Shown here piece after piece: positions 24,060 to 36,436 of a DNA stretch of 64,000 nt. The stretch comes from Zygnema circumcarinatum SAG 698-1b (lineage: Eukaryota; Plantae; Zygnematophyceae): assembly GCA_037447605.1 (NCBI GenBank), contig CM074806.1, positions 2,046,001 to 2,110,000 of the forward strand. The letters are read 5' to 3'. The position numbers and the translations under genes were made by a program. The notes beneath the pieces are model-generated. The model saw only the letters and a program-made list of their open reading frames with translations. It was not told the DNA's origin and made no database searches. Position 1 is the first letter of the stretch, and each line of letters opens with the position of its first letter.

Positions 24060-27000
24060 CTACCAGTCGCCCAGGCGCAGCCTCCAGCGCAGGCGGCTGC
24101 TCTTCCCGCCCTTGGCCTGCGCAGCCTCTTGGCCGTCCCCGCGGCCGCCCGGCAGCTGCTCGATTAGGGCGTCGGGCCGCGCGTCCTGGCTCAGGTGCCG
24201 GAAAGTCTCGATGCTCTTCTTGGAGCGTCGGATGACCTCCTCGCCCACGAGGTAGCGCATGTAGGAGTCGAACACGACCCTGCGGCCATGGCCGACCTCG
24301 TCCTTCATGGCCGCCGCCCAGTCCGAGGTGGGCGACCAGAGGTGCTGGAAGTCGTTCAGAGTGCGCACGTCATAGTGAGGCCTGCACAGTTCACTGCAGC
24401 AGCTCAGTGCCTCTCCTCCTGAAGGCATAATGTTGCAGGGGGCTTCCCGTCCCCTTCACTGGCTTGCTTCTCAGGCTTCAGTAGACCTTTATCATACACT
24501 CGAAGGGAAGCAACAATGGAGCAAGCGCAGGGTGAAGAGGGGGGGAAAAGGAACAACAAAAAGAGTGTCTCCGCTCCGCTCCGAGTGATTGTTCAGAGGA
24601 GCGGGGCAAACACCTTTGCCCTCTCCAGCTCCAACACCTTTCATTTTTATTGTTACATCCCTATCCTTTTCTATTGCCGCGACTGCATTCCTCTCAGGGA
24701 CAGTCCATATTAGTCAGTTTCTCATGACACTGCCGCACCACAGAGTCGGCTGCATCACGAGAAGTGTTAAGCAAGTATGCTGTCTCAGTCCGCTTTAGCA
24801 GATGAATTCCACTTTTCTATCGTTCCTGTACCTGAGGGGGCCGAAGAAGCGGGTTGCCGTTACGTCGGTGGTGAGGAAGACTCTGCGTCCCGTCTTGATG
24901 CTCTTCTTCATGACGGCCAGAACAGCCTCCGGCTGCGTGTCCTCGTCAAGACGAGGCCACTGCTCATCCCCAATCCGTCCACGCAGCACTTCCACCGAGT
25001 CGAAGTCGTCTCCCATCTCCTTCGCAATAATGTCCGCCATTCGCTTCAGTGCAGGATGCAACTGCAGCGCTTTCTGGGCAAGCTTCAAAGACTGCAGCAG
25101 ACAAACAAAATGCAAGTTTAATATGCGCTGCAGAGCTCCACTTTTACCACCATTCCCTAACAGGACACCGTGCTTTTGCTTTCAACATCCCCAGTCGGCA
25201 TCGGCAATTCATCTCCTCACACAAACAAAATTTGCGAAGAGGAGCATTCAAATTGCGGTTTGCAAGCTGCTGAATAGACCGCTCTCCCATGCATGTAAGT
25301 GTTTTCGCACCTTGTCGTGACTGCACACCGCCGACCATGTCTTGGGTTCGCCCTGCAAAATATTTCTGCGAACAATGGGATGCTGCTGGTGTTGGATGCC
25401 GCGGCTGTTCTCAAACTCGTGCACGTCCATGATGGGCTCCGCGTTCTCGCGGTGCTCGAGGTTGTGCAACTCCAGCTCGTTCCAAAATTCTTCGGCCTCC
25501 ATGATCTTTCCTCCAAGCTGCACAGATTGGAGATACGCATACATTGTGCACATTACAACTCGGTTGTGAGCTGAGGTCCTGATGGAGAAAGGAGCCGGCA
25601 AGGAAGAACTTATTAACGGGTTTACAGAGGAAACTTATGTCTGTGTTGAGGTCACGGAGCTGTTGAATTCACCAACAGTTCACACTTAGAGAACAAACAT
25701 GCTCTTTTTTTCCTACTAAACTCACCGCCTGTTTCAACGCGTCTATATCATAGTAGAGTCGGAACTCGTGCAAAGATCGGTGCGTCTGTCCCGCTGTTGA
25801 ATTTGCCTCCACGCAGAAGTAGGATTCCATGATCCACGTGCGCTTCAGTTCAATCGCTTCTCCAACAGCGCAAAGGAACGCATCCTGCTCCAAAGAAGAT
25901 CCGGCTCGCAGGGACCACTTAGACCCTTCCCTTTCACCAAAGAACTATGCAGGAATGCCCAAATTCCCACAGTAAAGTACACAGCCACGGGATCATATAC
26001 ACTATCGGATAGTCAACGGCTTGATGCAGTTTGGAGTGGGGATAAGGGAGGGAGAGTCGGAGAGAGCAGCGCGGTGTTCTTACCTGCCACTGTTCAACTG
26101 TGGGCAGACAGAGCTCAGGCAGAGCAGGAGAGTAGATCAGCACCTCCCTCCCATTCAAGAAGACGGCTTTCGCGGGATCCACTCGAGCTTTAAATCCACT
26201 TTCGGCGGGTGACCGCACTTCCGGGCTCGTCGAAAGATTCAGATCCACATTTTCTGCGTTCATTTCCTTTTCCAAAGGCTTCTCCGGATTGAGACGAGAG
26301 TCAACGATGCCCTTTCTCCCTCCAAGGAACTTCTCTCCACTCTTCTTCCCAGCCATAGCTGAAGTTGACCGAGGTTCCACTTGCATGAGTCTGCGTCCCC
26401 CCCGAGATTCGCCTGCGATCCCAATGTTGAAGCTTGAGGCAGAATTCGACCTCTCGAGGATTGGGGAGCTTTCTGAGCTCAACAGGGAGTCTCTCTGCAG
26501 AATGAGAAGTATGCCACACGCGATAAGCGCTTCAGCTCTCTTGCAGGAATGGAAGGAAAGAGGAGGAGAACTGGAAAGGGAGGAAGAGGATGGACTAAGG
26601 AGAAGGAGAGCAAAGTATGCGTCGAATGTTGGCAAATGATATGCCTTTTCTCTATTTAAAATTTAGTTACTGTACTCTTTGATTTTCACTAGACGTAATT
26701 TACACGATTTAAATATCAAGAAGGAGTCTGCGATGCTATGGCATGGCTTTCATTTGTTCCACGGCCAATTCTTACTCTCAGCATTCGAAAACATGCAGGT
26801 AGCCCGAACGGCTGTGGAACTGCTGTTCTCTGACAGAAACCGCTTCACTTGGGGAACGGACGACTCAACAATTTTGAGTGGCAAATAAAAATAAATAACA
26901 CTGGAACGAAGCAATAAGTTTGGCTCTAAGACGAAGTCTTATTGTATAACCTATGAGGCCTGTACACGCCATCATACGTAAGAGTAAGGGCTCCATCTGT

Positions 27001-27586
27001 CTGTTTCACAGATTGCCATGAAGCTACACCTAACAATGCAGCACATGAGCTTCGACAAATACAGAACGTTCAGTGAATCCCTATGGAATTCACCCTAGAC
27101 AATGCCATTTCAGCTTGGAGCCTGGCCATTCCCTTGACATTTTCAAATTGCGTACAGAAACGAACAGCTAGATTTCGGAAGATGATTTCTCACCACGCCA
27201 AGGCAGCCGACAATGACGAGGAGCGCCACGCAGCACGCGGACATGAGGCGAGCGGTGTTGAAGACGCCTTTTCCCGCCGTGCGGAACACTCCCATTGAGT
27301 TGCGGGGTCGGCTGTGGGAGCCGCCGTGCGAGGCGCGGAACGAGTTGGAGCGGCTGCTCGCCCTTTCGTCACCAGCAAAGACGCTCTGCAGAAGAGCGCG
27401 GCCACTGAAGGAGCTCACCGGCGTGGGAGGCTGGGGCTCTACAATTCCCTTCTCAAAATCATGTGTATACTCCCACAGCTCATTGCTGCGTCCGCTGGAG
27501 AGCGTCCTCCTCAGCCCTGAACTGGCATCCGCCTTAAACCAGGAATCCCCGCTGTTAAAGGAGGAGCTCCGCTGCGCCGAGACCAT
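24060..27586 (-). CDS. SUB1-like (At4g08810 family) type-II membrane protein with an O-fucosyltransferase-like fold
   Basis: Exons 27586-27194, 26494-26084, 25944-25726, 25517-25311, 25091-24832 and 24381-24060; an optional 54-nt phase-0 exon at 26829-26776 is possible. The TM helix is LMSACCVALLVIVGCLGV. Family motifs recalled from SUB1: AFLCAVGEAIELKRTWIM, EFRLYYDIDALK, MGDDFDSVEVLRG, WPRLDEDTQPEAVL, VFLTTD, LNDFQHLW, FDSYMR, IETF. Confidence 0.85.
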
Positions 27587-27959
27587 GTTGGGCGGTGTAG
27601 CTGAGGAATCTCGAGAGTGAGGATTGCAGTAGCGGAGAGCAAGAGAGAGAGTGAGAGAGTGAGAGAGAGATGGAGGGCGGGAACCGCGTCTCCTGCTGCC
27701 CTGCGCGGGGCGGCCTTTAGCCCGGCCCCAGCGCGGCCATAATGCGCGCCCCCCCGCCGCTCGGCCGCTCCGAGGCCCGTCCGTACGCGGCCCATGCCTC
27801 CCATTGGCGCACGCCTGCTCGCGCGCACGGAGCTGGCCACGTGGCGTGCGGCGGTTGGCGGGTGTGAGCGGCCCGTGTGAACGCGGCGGAGGGCGCCCCC
27901 AGTCGGCGTTTCGCATCGCGCCCGCTCGCGGACCGCGCGCGTGCGAACGGTTCGGGCAC

Positions 27960-27990
27960 GCCCGCCCGCCCGCCCGCCCGCCCGCCCGCC
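27960..27990. repeat. (GCCC)n tetranucleotide run (GC-box-like) upstream of the SUB1-like gene
   Basis: About 8 consecutive GCCC units in a GC-rich promoter region. Confidence 0.9.
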
Positions 27991-29901
27991 AACACGCTCA
28001 CACGGCTGCCCCCACATTGCCCGACGGCGCCTTGGCTGGCAGCCAAGAGGACAGTTCATGGCATCGCCATCGCGAGGTCAATGCCGCATCATTCCTCACA
28101 AGCCCCTTCACCGTTTCATTACAGAGTTACCTGAGCGCGCCATTGAGCGCGTCTGAGCCAGGCACTCGCACCTCCCATAGCAACGCGGAGCTTGCGCCTT
28201 GCGCTGCATGACTGGATGTAAGGCCCCACCGGCTAACAAGGGTTCAAAACTGGGGTCCCGCACCTATTTTGGACATCTCGGCACGCACTATGTCGCACAC
28301 TTTCTCTCAAATATGAAAGCCGTCGAAGGACTTTAGTGTATAATGGATAGCTTGTATACCCGTCACCGGTGACCACCTACATAGCCCACCCGATTTCCAT
28401 TGAAGTGAGGGATGAAGAATGGGTCAAGTTAGAATAGAGCATGCCGACGGGTTAAGCCGCGCTTAGGTTTCCGCATTCCCTCGAGCACACTCAGCAGAAA
28501 ATGGCGTCAAGGGGAAACCGCAAGGCCTTTGCTAGACATAGTCAGGATCGAAGTTTGACGAATTTGATGAACGCGCTATCGACACCAGATACGGACTTGT
28601 AGTGGAAAAAAAAACTCTGTTCTCAATCTGCGGAGCCGTTATGTGAAAATAGACATGGCATTTCGGGCTCAAAACTGCCAGTGAGAGCCATCAACAATTG
28701 CAACTACGGGTTGTCGACATTGCAGAGATAATTAGTATTTTCTACGTGGGCGTATCCACTCATAGTCACGGATCAATGCCCGACCGCAAAAAGTGTCATA
28801 ATATTTTTGGGCTCTACGTTTTGGTCCTTCATTCGTTTTTCTGTGTCCGGTTGGTTCCTCGTAGATCTTGACGCTCGCTCGCTGATTTTTGTCCCTCCCC
28901 TATTGGCGACCTTAGCGGCTGCTTCTAGTGCCATGTTGTTGAGCCTAGAAGTAGATTTCCGTTTACAGGCTTTTTCCTTTTGTCCGTAGGTCCGTTCTGA
29001 CCAATTTCTTTGGTTCCCCATGTTGATTCTGTCCATGTACATTTGATGGCCCCCCCATGCGTGAGATCAACGCCATTCTTCTCTCCCCGCACCTTTCACG
29101 GATGGCATCATCATCATCATCACGAGGTCACTGGCCGCCAATTCACTCGTACAGTATTTGAAATTCCAAAGGCGTGTTGGAGAAACGTCGGCCGTACAGT
29201 TTCGTACACCTGCGAGTGCACATGCGACCTCCTTTCGCACGTGCGGGCCGCCTGCACCCCCCCCGGCCCTGCGGCTGCCCGCCCTCCTCCCTCCGGCGGC
29301 CCGGCCCCGTCCGGAGCCAGCGCGGCGCTGCCAGGGAGATGGAGAGGGAGAGGGAACAGGGCGCTGCCCCCCCCCCTCCCCCGGTGCCCCCTCACAGGCA
29401 TCTCTCCGCATCTCATCTCTCTCGCCCCCTCTCCGCTACGCATTGAGGGTAGCGCTCCATGTGCAGGGCTTTCATTTTGCGTGTTTATCTTAGTTCCTTG
29501 TGCTTGGCTTTCATGCTAGAAAGCAGCTGATCAGCAAGAAGACCTTGTAGGCAATTCGTATTGCTGGAGGATTGTCTTAGGGTAAAGCTCATCTTCTTAC
29601 GGCAATCTTGATGATTGCGGTTTGTAGGATTTCCTCCGACACTAAACTTTGCTGGATAAGGTATACAAGGAACAGGGACAGTTTCACTCGCCGCTGATTT
29701 GGTCGATTCAATTTCGTTTACATTTGGATTAGCGATTGTCGAATAAGTCTGTGTATCCATCTCTGTTTCCTGCCAGACAATTTGATGCTAGCGACTGCCA
29801 TCAAATTGGGAAGTAAAGTAAAGGAAGGCTTTGTAGATATTCATCGCGTGTAATCCAAGTTGAAGCTATCCTAATGGTTGCGAGACATTTCCTTACTCGA
29901 G

Positions 29902-32418
29902 ATGATAATTCGTCACCAGCGGGCAGCTTATGCATGCCTGCAGTTTGCCCTTGCGTTCCGCCTTGTCCGCTCTGAAGCGAGTGTTTTGCTTCATCATGCG
30001 CTCTGGCCACGTATATGTTTCAGGCCGAGAATTGGCTCAGCTTGGAGCCGGATACTTAGCACATGCTCACCAATTGCAGATAGAGGTCATCCTTCTGAAG
30101 ACGAGGAAAGTGCATGGACTCAGGACGCGATACACTTGAAGGTGAAGGAAGGTGGATTGCATGACAGTACATATCCATCAGGGGAGCATGATAAACGGAC
30201 GGAGCAGTTGAGGGCTCAAAACTTGGGAGGAACAACTTTGTTCCGTATAAAGTATTTGATTAATGAGCTTCAGAATGCTCAATCAGAAGGAAATAAAATG
30301 GATGAAGGTTCGCAGGCAATGTCCGCAGTGGAAGCTTGCTTGAAGAAATGGGATCGGAGTCTCAATAACTCGGCAGTGCAAAGGCTCATGGAAGCATTCA
30401 AGCAAGACGCAGGCTTTGCGCTTGCAATTTTTGAATGGGCGAGGAGCCAACCGGGCTTCAAGCCAAGCAAATTCAATTTAGGTTTGCTTATTAATATCAC
30501 TGGTCGAGCCAAGGATTTCAGGCAAATGAAGAAACTCGTGGGAGAATTTAGCTCGATTGTGGGTGAACCACCAGGTGTAGTGGTTTACACCGATGTAATG
30601 AAGTCGTATGCACTAGATGAGCGGTTCGACGACATGATCGCAGTGTACAGAACCATGCTCAAGGAAGGCGTCGAGCCATCTGTGATGACATACAGGTGGG
30701 TTATGGGACGGCTCTTGTGAGTCTGAGAGGTTGCTGTTTCTTGAATGTGTCAGTCTTCCATTCAATTTAATCCCTTTTTTTTTTTTCGATTTTGCCTTTG
30801 GTTAATTTTTAAGCAGCAGGCATGGTCTTTTGAAAGAGAAAACATGACATGACTTCGTCACTTGCTTCGAGCTTTTATTCCAGCACTTCAGCATTCGTAA
30901 CTTTTGTTGGAGCTACTGTGCGCAGCACGAAGTGCATAATCTTGATCGTTATCTGCAAACTGGTTGTCTTTCATCTTATGCCTGCCTTCAACCTCAGTCT
31001 TTGAGAATATTTTGTAGCTGCAGCTTGCTCACGATTTACAGGTCTTACTCTGCAACCTTACATGTGTTTTGTTTGGCTGGCCACGTGGATACAGTGTTGT
31101 TATTGGTGGCTTAGCTACTGCTGGACGGGTTGAGCTTGCGATGGATCTCCGAAAGGAGATGGAGACCCTTGGAGTGAAGCCGAATGCTCATGTCTATGGC
31201 GATCTGATTGCACTGTGTGGCAAAACAAGGCCGGAGCGGGCAGAAGCTTTGCTTGAAGAAATGAAAGCAGCGGGGATGGCTCCCACTGTTTATCATTTCA
31301 ATCGAGTCCTTGCAATTCAACTAGAGAATGGTCAGCACGAGAATGCTTTGAGCTTGTTTCAGCGCATGGTCGGCGGGGAGGCTTCACCAAACCGTGTGAC
31401 ATACGTCATACTGCTTGACTTTTTCGCCAAGCGTGGGATGGTCAAGGAGGCTAAAGACCTTCTGCACGACATTTGGATAAGAAAGACTGTAGGTTTAGAA
31501 GCAAAATTTTATAACGTTTTGATAAATATGTATGTGCAGCACCGACGTTTGGAAGATGCAAAGGCAGCTTATGCAGACATGCTAGCGAAGGGAGTGAGGC
31601 CGGACAACGTGACTCACAGCACACTCATTTTTGGACTTTTGAAAGCAGACAAATATGAGGAGACTCTAGCTGCCATTGATGCCATGCAGAAGAGGCGAAT
31701 GGAGATAACATTGCTTGGATACACAGCGATGCTGAACCTTTGTAGTCGATGTCAAAGTAAGGAAGGAGTGGTTAAAATAGTGGAGTGCATGGAGGCTTGC
31801 AAGCATCGCTGCCATGACCTTTTGCTGCTCGCCCTCGGCCCTCAAGTAGAACGCTCGGACTACTGGGAGGAGGTCGGGAGACGGTTGGATGAACTGGTTT
31901 TTGAAGATCCCGTCAGCAGAAAATCCTTCGTGGACGGACTGATCACTTGTCTTTTAAAGATTGGTCTCAAATCAAGAGCAGGGCGGATTTGGAAGGAAGC
32001 CCGAAATCGTGGGCTCTTAGATCGGGCACGCTTTGAGACATCTTCTGCTTGGGTGTTGGATTTGCACAATTTTGGTCCTGCGGCAGCAGAGATCGCGTTA
32101 TGCTTGGAGCTTTTGGGACTTTGGCAAAGATTACAGAATGATGAAGATGTGCCAGCAGAGATCCGCATTGTCACTGGCTGGGGTCGAGCCGCATATGCAA
32201 CTAATCTCTATGCAAAAAAAAATTCGACCGGCTGGGGCCACGGTAGCTACACTGATCACATGTACATGAAGATGTTTTTAAATGTGAAGCTCCGTGATCT
32301 TTCATCGCCATTTTGTTTCAATCCAAATGGAGGATACTTCGTGGCAGGCAGTGCTTCTGTGTGGAGATGGCTACAGGATTCGCTGATCAGAGAGCAGCTC
32401 CGGCTACGTGATGGCTAG
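29902..32418 (+). CDS. PPR-SMR protein (~705 aa; ~9 P-type PPR motifs plus C-terminal Smr domain), At1g18900/At1g74750-like, probably organelle-targeted
   Basis: Exons 29902-30695 and 31095-32418. The phase-2 junction restores the PPR motif EPSVMTYS|VVIGGL. The C-terminus reads EDPVSRKSFVDGLITCLLKIGLKSRAGRIWKEA...WVLDLH...IRIVTGWG...SPFCFNPNGGYF...WRWL, typical of Smr. The N-terminus is Arg/Ser/Leu-rich. The start codon is uncertain. Confidence 0.9.
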
Positions 32419-34532
32419 TCTCCCTTTGCGCAGTGAGTTCTTCAGCTGTCATCTCCTTTTTGGAGCAGAGCACCTTGCTACGATGGACATCGTTCATATG
32501 TTGCACATGCTTGCTGCATCATTAGCAGTGGAGTCAGTTATTATTTCTTTTTCAAGTGTTTCTAGATTTAATAAACAGCACAAAAGCTAAGCTAGTCAAT
32601 TAAGTCAACTAGTCAGGGGTCCCCTTCTCTAAACTCAAAGTATCTCTCCCAACTTATTGTTTAAGTTTGGTAACTGGATGGTCACGACTTATTGTGTCTA
32701 TTGTTATCCAGCTAAACTACAACAGTTGGCCAACGAAAGACCATAGCGATGCTTTCAAAATACACAGTTCCTTTGGGCCACACTCTAATTAATTTGATGC
32801 GGTTACTGCAGAAGATCAAGAATAGCTAACCATGCGCAAATTCCAGCACCTTCACAGCAGTCGAATGGTGCCACACATTACAGTGACTGCGTACCGCTAC
32901 ATCGTTGTCGAAGGGACTTGCTTTGGTAAGAAGCTGACTTCTACCCTATGTACATTTTTCTGAGATTTTCCATGTCTCCGGGCCAGTCATGGGATTGAGA
33001 GGCTCAATGCCTTGGGTCCCCAATGCCGATACGAGTCAATGATGTGAAAGACTGCCTCCGTTTTGCGGCCGTACGTAGTAGATGTGGCTGCCCTTTGGAA
33101 TTGTGAGAAGTCCTTGCCCCAGCTTTCGACAAACTAGGCTGTGAATGCGAGGTGTTGCTGATAGGAGCTCTTGCAGGTGCTGTTTTCCTGCAGCTGAGTT
33201 TGTAAGTGCTCTGCCTTTGCAGGTTTAACAGGAGACCGATGCTGGGCATGTTTTGCCGCATCAACTCAAGAAGTATTTCTGCCCCTCACAGCTCCTATCT
33301 TATTCACCGAACCCGTCCACTTCCCTTATGAGCAGCGAAGCAGTGTTTCTTGTCCGTGGATACGTTCTGGCAATAAAAAAATTGCATAAATGAACGAGCA
33401 ATCGTGCTGCGGCCACTTATTTCCAGCAGGGTTTTTCTGCTGTACTAAAAGAGTAAGAGTGGCCCAATGCAGTGCGTTAAACCCCGCGTTTCCTATGATG
33501 GAAACGTGATACCATCCGCAGCCAGCAATAGAGCCAGTCACTGTCTTGGCCCTATAGGAACTCAAGAGTGCCAACAAGCAGGTAACAATGTACATGTGTG
33601 TACATTTATATTCTATTTGAGCACTTGTCATTTATTTGAGTGAGAGTTTGTTCTCTGGATCATGAGGGTCGGGGCGCCTTTGCAAGTTATGTTCATATTG
33701 AACTTTTCGACGTCTGTGCTGTTTCAAACGTGTGGTACTTGAGGCGATTTTTGGATAAGTTCGGTGAACTGTCCTTCGTAGGCATCTCGTGATTTGTGTC
33801 ACAGCACGTGAACGTTAGCGAAATTTGGACACCTCATATTTCTGGGTACATGTCTTCGTCCTCATATGCCATTAGAAGAAAGTTCGTTAGACAGTTGATA
33901 CAGTGAAGGGCATGTGGCTAAAACTCTTCACATCTTCTTTTTAAAGGGCATGAAATCTCCAAAAAATCAGAAAAAATGTGTTACTGTCGTGGTGCCATAA
34001 GCACACCAATCACAGGCCTCGGCGGATGACAGACTGACAAGTTCACCTCACAAATGTATCTCAAAATTGGAGAACACAGCGACCGCTTTACCACTATTGA
34101 GTTGGATCCCAGCTTGTATTGGATCGGCTAGCCGTACAGGAGGACCTACAAGAAGGATCAACCTGGAGTTCCGTCGGCTACTCAGAAAGTCACCTCAGCT
34201 TCTGACACAACAAGCAACTTCCTTATATCCAAGCCCCCTCTTTATTTGCAAGACCTGCAGAAGAAGAGGCCCCCACATATGCTGATCGCCTAAGCGAGGA
34301 GTTCACAAGAATGTTAGTGGGCGAAACAGCACCTCCCGAGCTTAGCCAATGTTCCCGTAGCGGAACTAAAACTGCTCTCTCTTTTGGTTGCTTGTTGGCT
34401 TATACTCAGGTATGAATTGGTCTCGGAAAGGAGAGCAGCGCAAAGCAGCTGGTTGCAAGCGATGGAAGTTGTAAGAGCATGGGCAGGGGTCCATTCATCT
34501 CCCTGGCCTCTGCTGCTCAATTGTTTCGCTTG

Positions 34533-35075
34533 CTACTCATTCACCACCTTCAGCTGCTTTTTTTGCTTCTTAGACATGTTCTTCAATTTCTTTGGATTTG
34601 TAATCATCTGAAGCTTCATGCCGGACTTCAGCTCGTTCTCCGCCTTTCGCTTTTTCCGCTCCTCCGTAGCTTTTCGCTTTTCCACTTTATTTGCCCTAAT
34701 CCCCTCTTTCAACTCGGCTAACCTCTCTTTGTAAGCCTTCTTCACCTGCTTCTCTTTTTCCTTTTGTTCCAGGGACAACTTTTTCCCACTCTTCACCTTC
34801 ATAGCAGACGACCTGACCGTCTTTGGTACTTTCCACTTCCTCCCTGACACCTTGCCCGCCATCACTCCATCGAAAGTTGGCGCCCCGTAGCCCACCTTGT
34901 TCCCTCTCACAGGTCGATCGGCGTCCTCCTCCATTGCAACAGCAGTTCTCTTCGCGTCGGGAAAGGCATCTTCAATGATGGCGTCAGCTTCGCCTTCATC
35001 CTCCTCCCGAGCTCTCTTCCTCTTCTGCCCTCCCTGCCCTTCATCCAAGAAACGAAAGTCGATCATCGACGCCAT
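34533..35075 (-). CDS. CCDC86: Coiled-coil domain-containing protein 86 / Cgr1 family nucleolar rRNA-processing protein (180 aa)
   Basis: Single ORF MASMIDFRFLDEG...GKVSGRKWK...RSS...SLEQKEKEKQVKKAYKERLAELKEGIRANKVEKRKATEERKKRKAENELKS...ITNPKKLKNMSKKQKKQL. This matches the Cgr1 pattern (SGRxWK, KxENExKS, ITNPKKL). Confidence 0.9.
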   Translation of the reverse strand: MASMIDFRFLDEGQGGQKRKRAREEDEGEADAIIEDAFPDAKRTAVAMEEDADRPVRGNKVGYGAPTFDGVMAGKVSGRKWKVPKTVRSSAMKVKSGKKLSLEQKEKEKQVKKAYKERLAELKEGIRANKVEKRKATEERKKRKAENELKSGMKLQMITNPKKLKNMSKKQKKQLKVVNE

Positions 35076-35238
35076 GTCCTACTGAATGCCTGGAGCTGAC
35101 GAGAAAGCGCTCCTTTTAATAAAACAGGAGGAACAGAGGGCTGTGATCGCGCGGGTCGAAGGGCGGCAGCAACAGCAGCAGCAGCAGGTAGGCAGGCAGG
35201 TAGGCAGGCAGGCAGGCAGCGCTTTAGGGCTGCAGGGA

Positions 35239-35246
35239 TTAGGGTT
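35239..35246 (-). promoter_or_regulatory. Telo-box-like element (AACCCTAA) upstream of CCDC86
   Basis: TTAGGGTT lies about 165 bp upstream of the ATG, with further (CTAGCC)n/TAGGGTT variants at 35363-35392. Confidence 0.45.
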
Positions 35247-36436
35247 GCGGCGGCGGAGGGAGTGCGCTCGCAGCAGGGGAGGGGGAGGGTGTTCTGCCGC
35301 CTAGCGTGAATCCGTACCATACGGCAATTTTTGTCACGACGCAGAACAATACACGGCATGTGCTAGCCCTAGCCCTAGCCCTAGCTAGGGTTGGGGCACT
35401 GCCATGCAGGCCGCGACAAACCTCAAAACGATCATAACTTTATTCGTTTACGATACTCGTTTTAAATCGATTTATAAACTAGGATTTTATTTTCGCACGT
35501 ACGGGCGGCCGTCCCTACTGGCGGCTCGCTCATGATGGGACCGCGGGCGAGGGAGCGGTCGTGGGAGGACGATCGAGTACGGACGGGCGCGGCTGTGGGC
35601 TGTGAGAGTGAGCGAGCGAGGGAGGGAGGGAGGGAGGCGCGCAGGGCCCTCCCTCGAGCAGGCTCTCGCCGCTTTGACGCATTGCTGTACCGCAGAGGCA
35701 GAGACAGCGTCGCCATTGCGAAATTGATTGAAGTAACATCAGTTTCACCATAACGTGTCATACAGAAGTGTAATTGAAGTCATCGAATTGATGAATATTT
35801 CTGTTGTGTTCTCCAGACACGTCCCCCTGCAGTATTTGCAACCAGGTTCTGTTCACATTTCTAGAAGACGAGCGTTCTCATATTGTTCGTTGCCTCTAAG
35901 AGTTCCCAATGCCTCCTTCCCACCCTCTCCACATTCTGCATTTCCTGCAGCCCCACATGAAGGGGGCGGAAACTTCCAAAGTACGGGAGCCGCGAGGAGG
36001 ACAAAGGGCCACGGGTGATGGGGCTGCAGTGAAGTTACATGATGCGAACCCTAACAGCATAATTCCTTTTTTTGCAGATTTCCGATGTTCACCTACATTA
36101 TTGCATTCAACTATAAAGTACAAAATCTGTTGTTACAAAACAAAGTCGCCAAAAAAAAAAAAAAAAAAAACAAGAACATCGGAACACGAGCGCAGGTTTC
36201 TAAGGTTCTCTACTCGACCTGTGTAAAGAGCCCTCCTCGAAATCCGCAGCCTGTATGGCCGGCCCTTGACCATCACCTCCAACGCGTATTGCCTCCCCGT
36301 CCTGCGAAATGCTCCCACCACAATTAGTCCATCTCCTGCACCTTGAGCTCACGCGCCATGCAGCAACCTCTCCCCTCCTGGTCACAGCTTGAGCCCCATT
36401 TCCTGCAGGCTCCTCCTCTCAATCCTCAAGCAGAGC

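Noticed and set aside
28773-29042. 89-aa minus-strand ORF in the SUB1-like / PPR-SMR intergenic region
   Set aside because: No domain similarity or splice support that I can see.
33030-33165. C/D-box snoRNA-like motifs (ATGATG...CTGA)
   Set aside because: The C box is imperfect, there is no terminal stem and I cannot identify an rRNA-complementary guide. Such motifs arise by chance.
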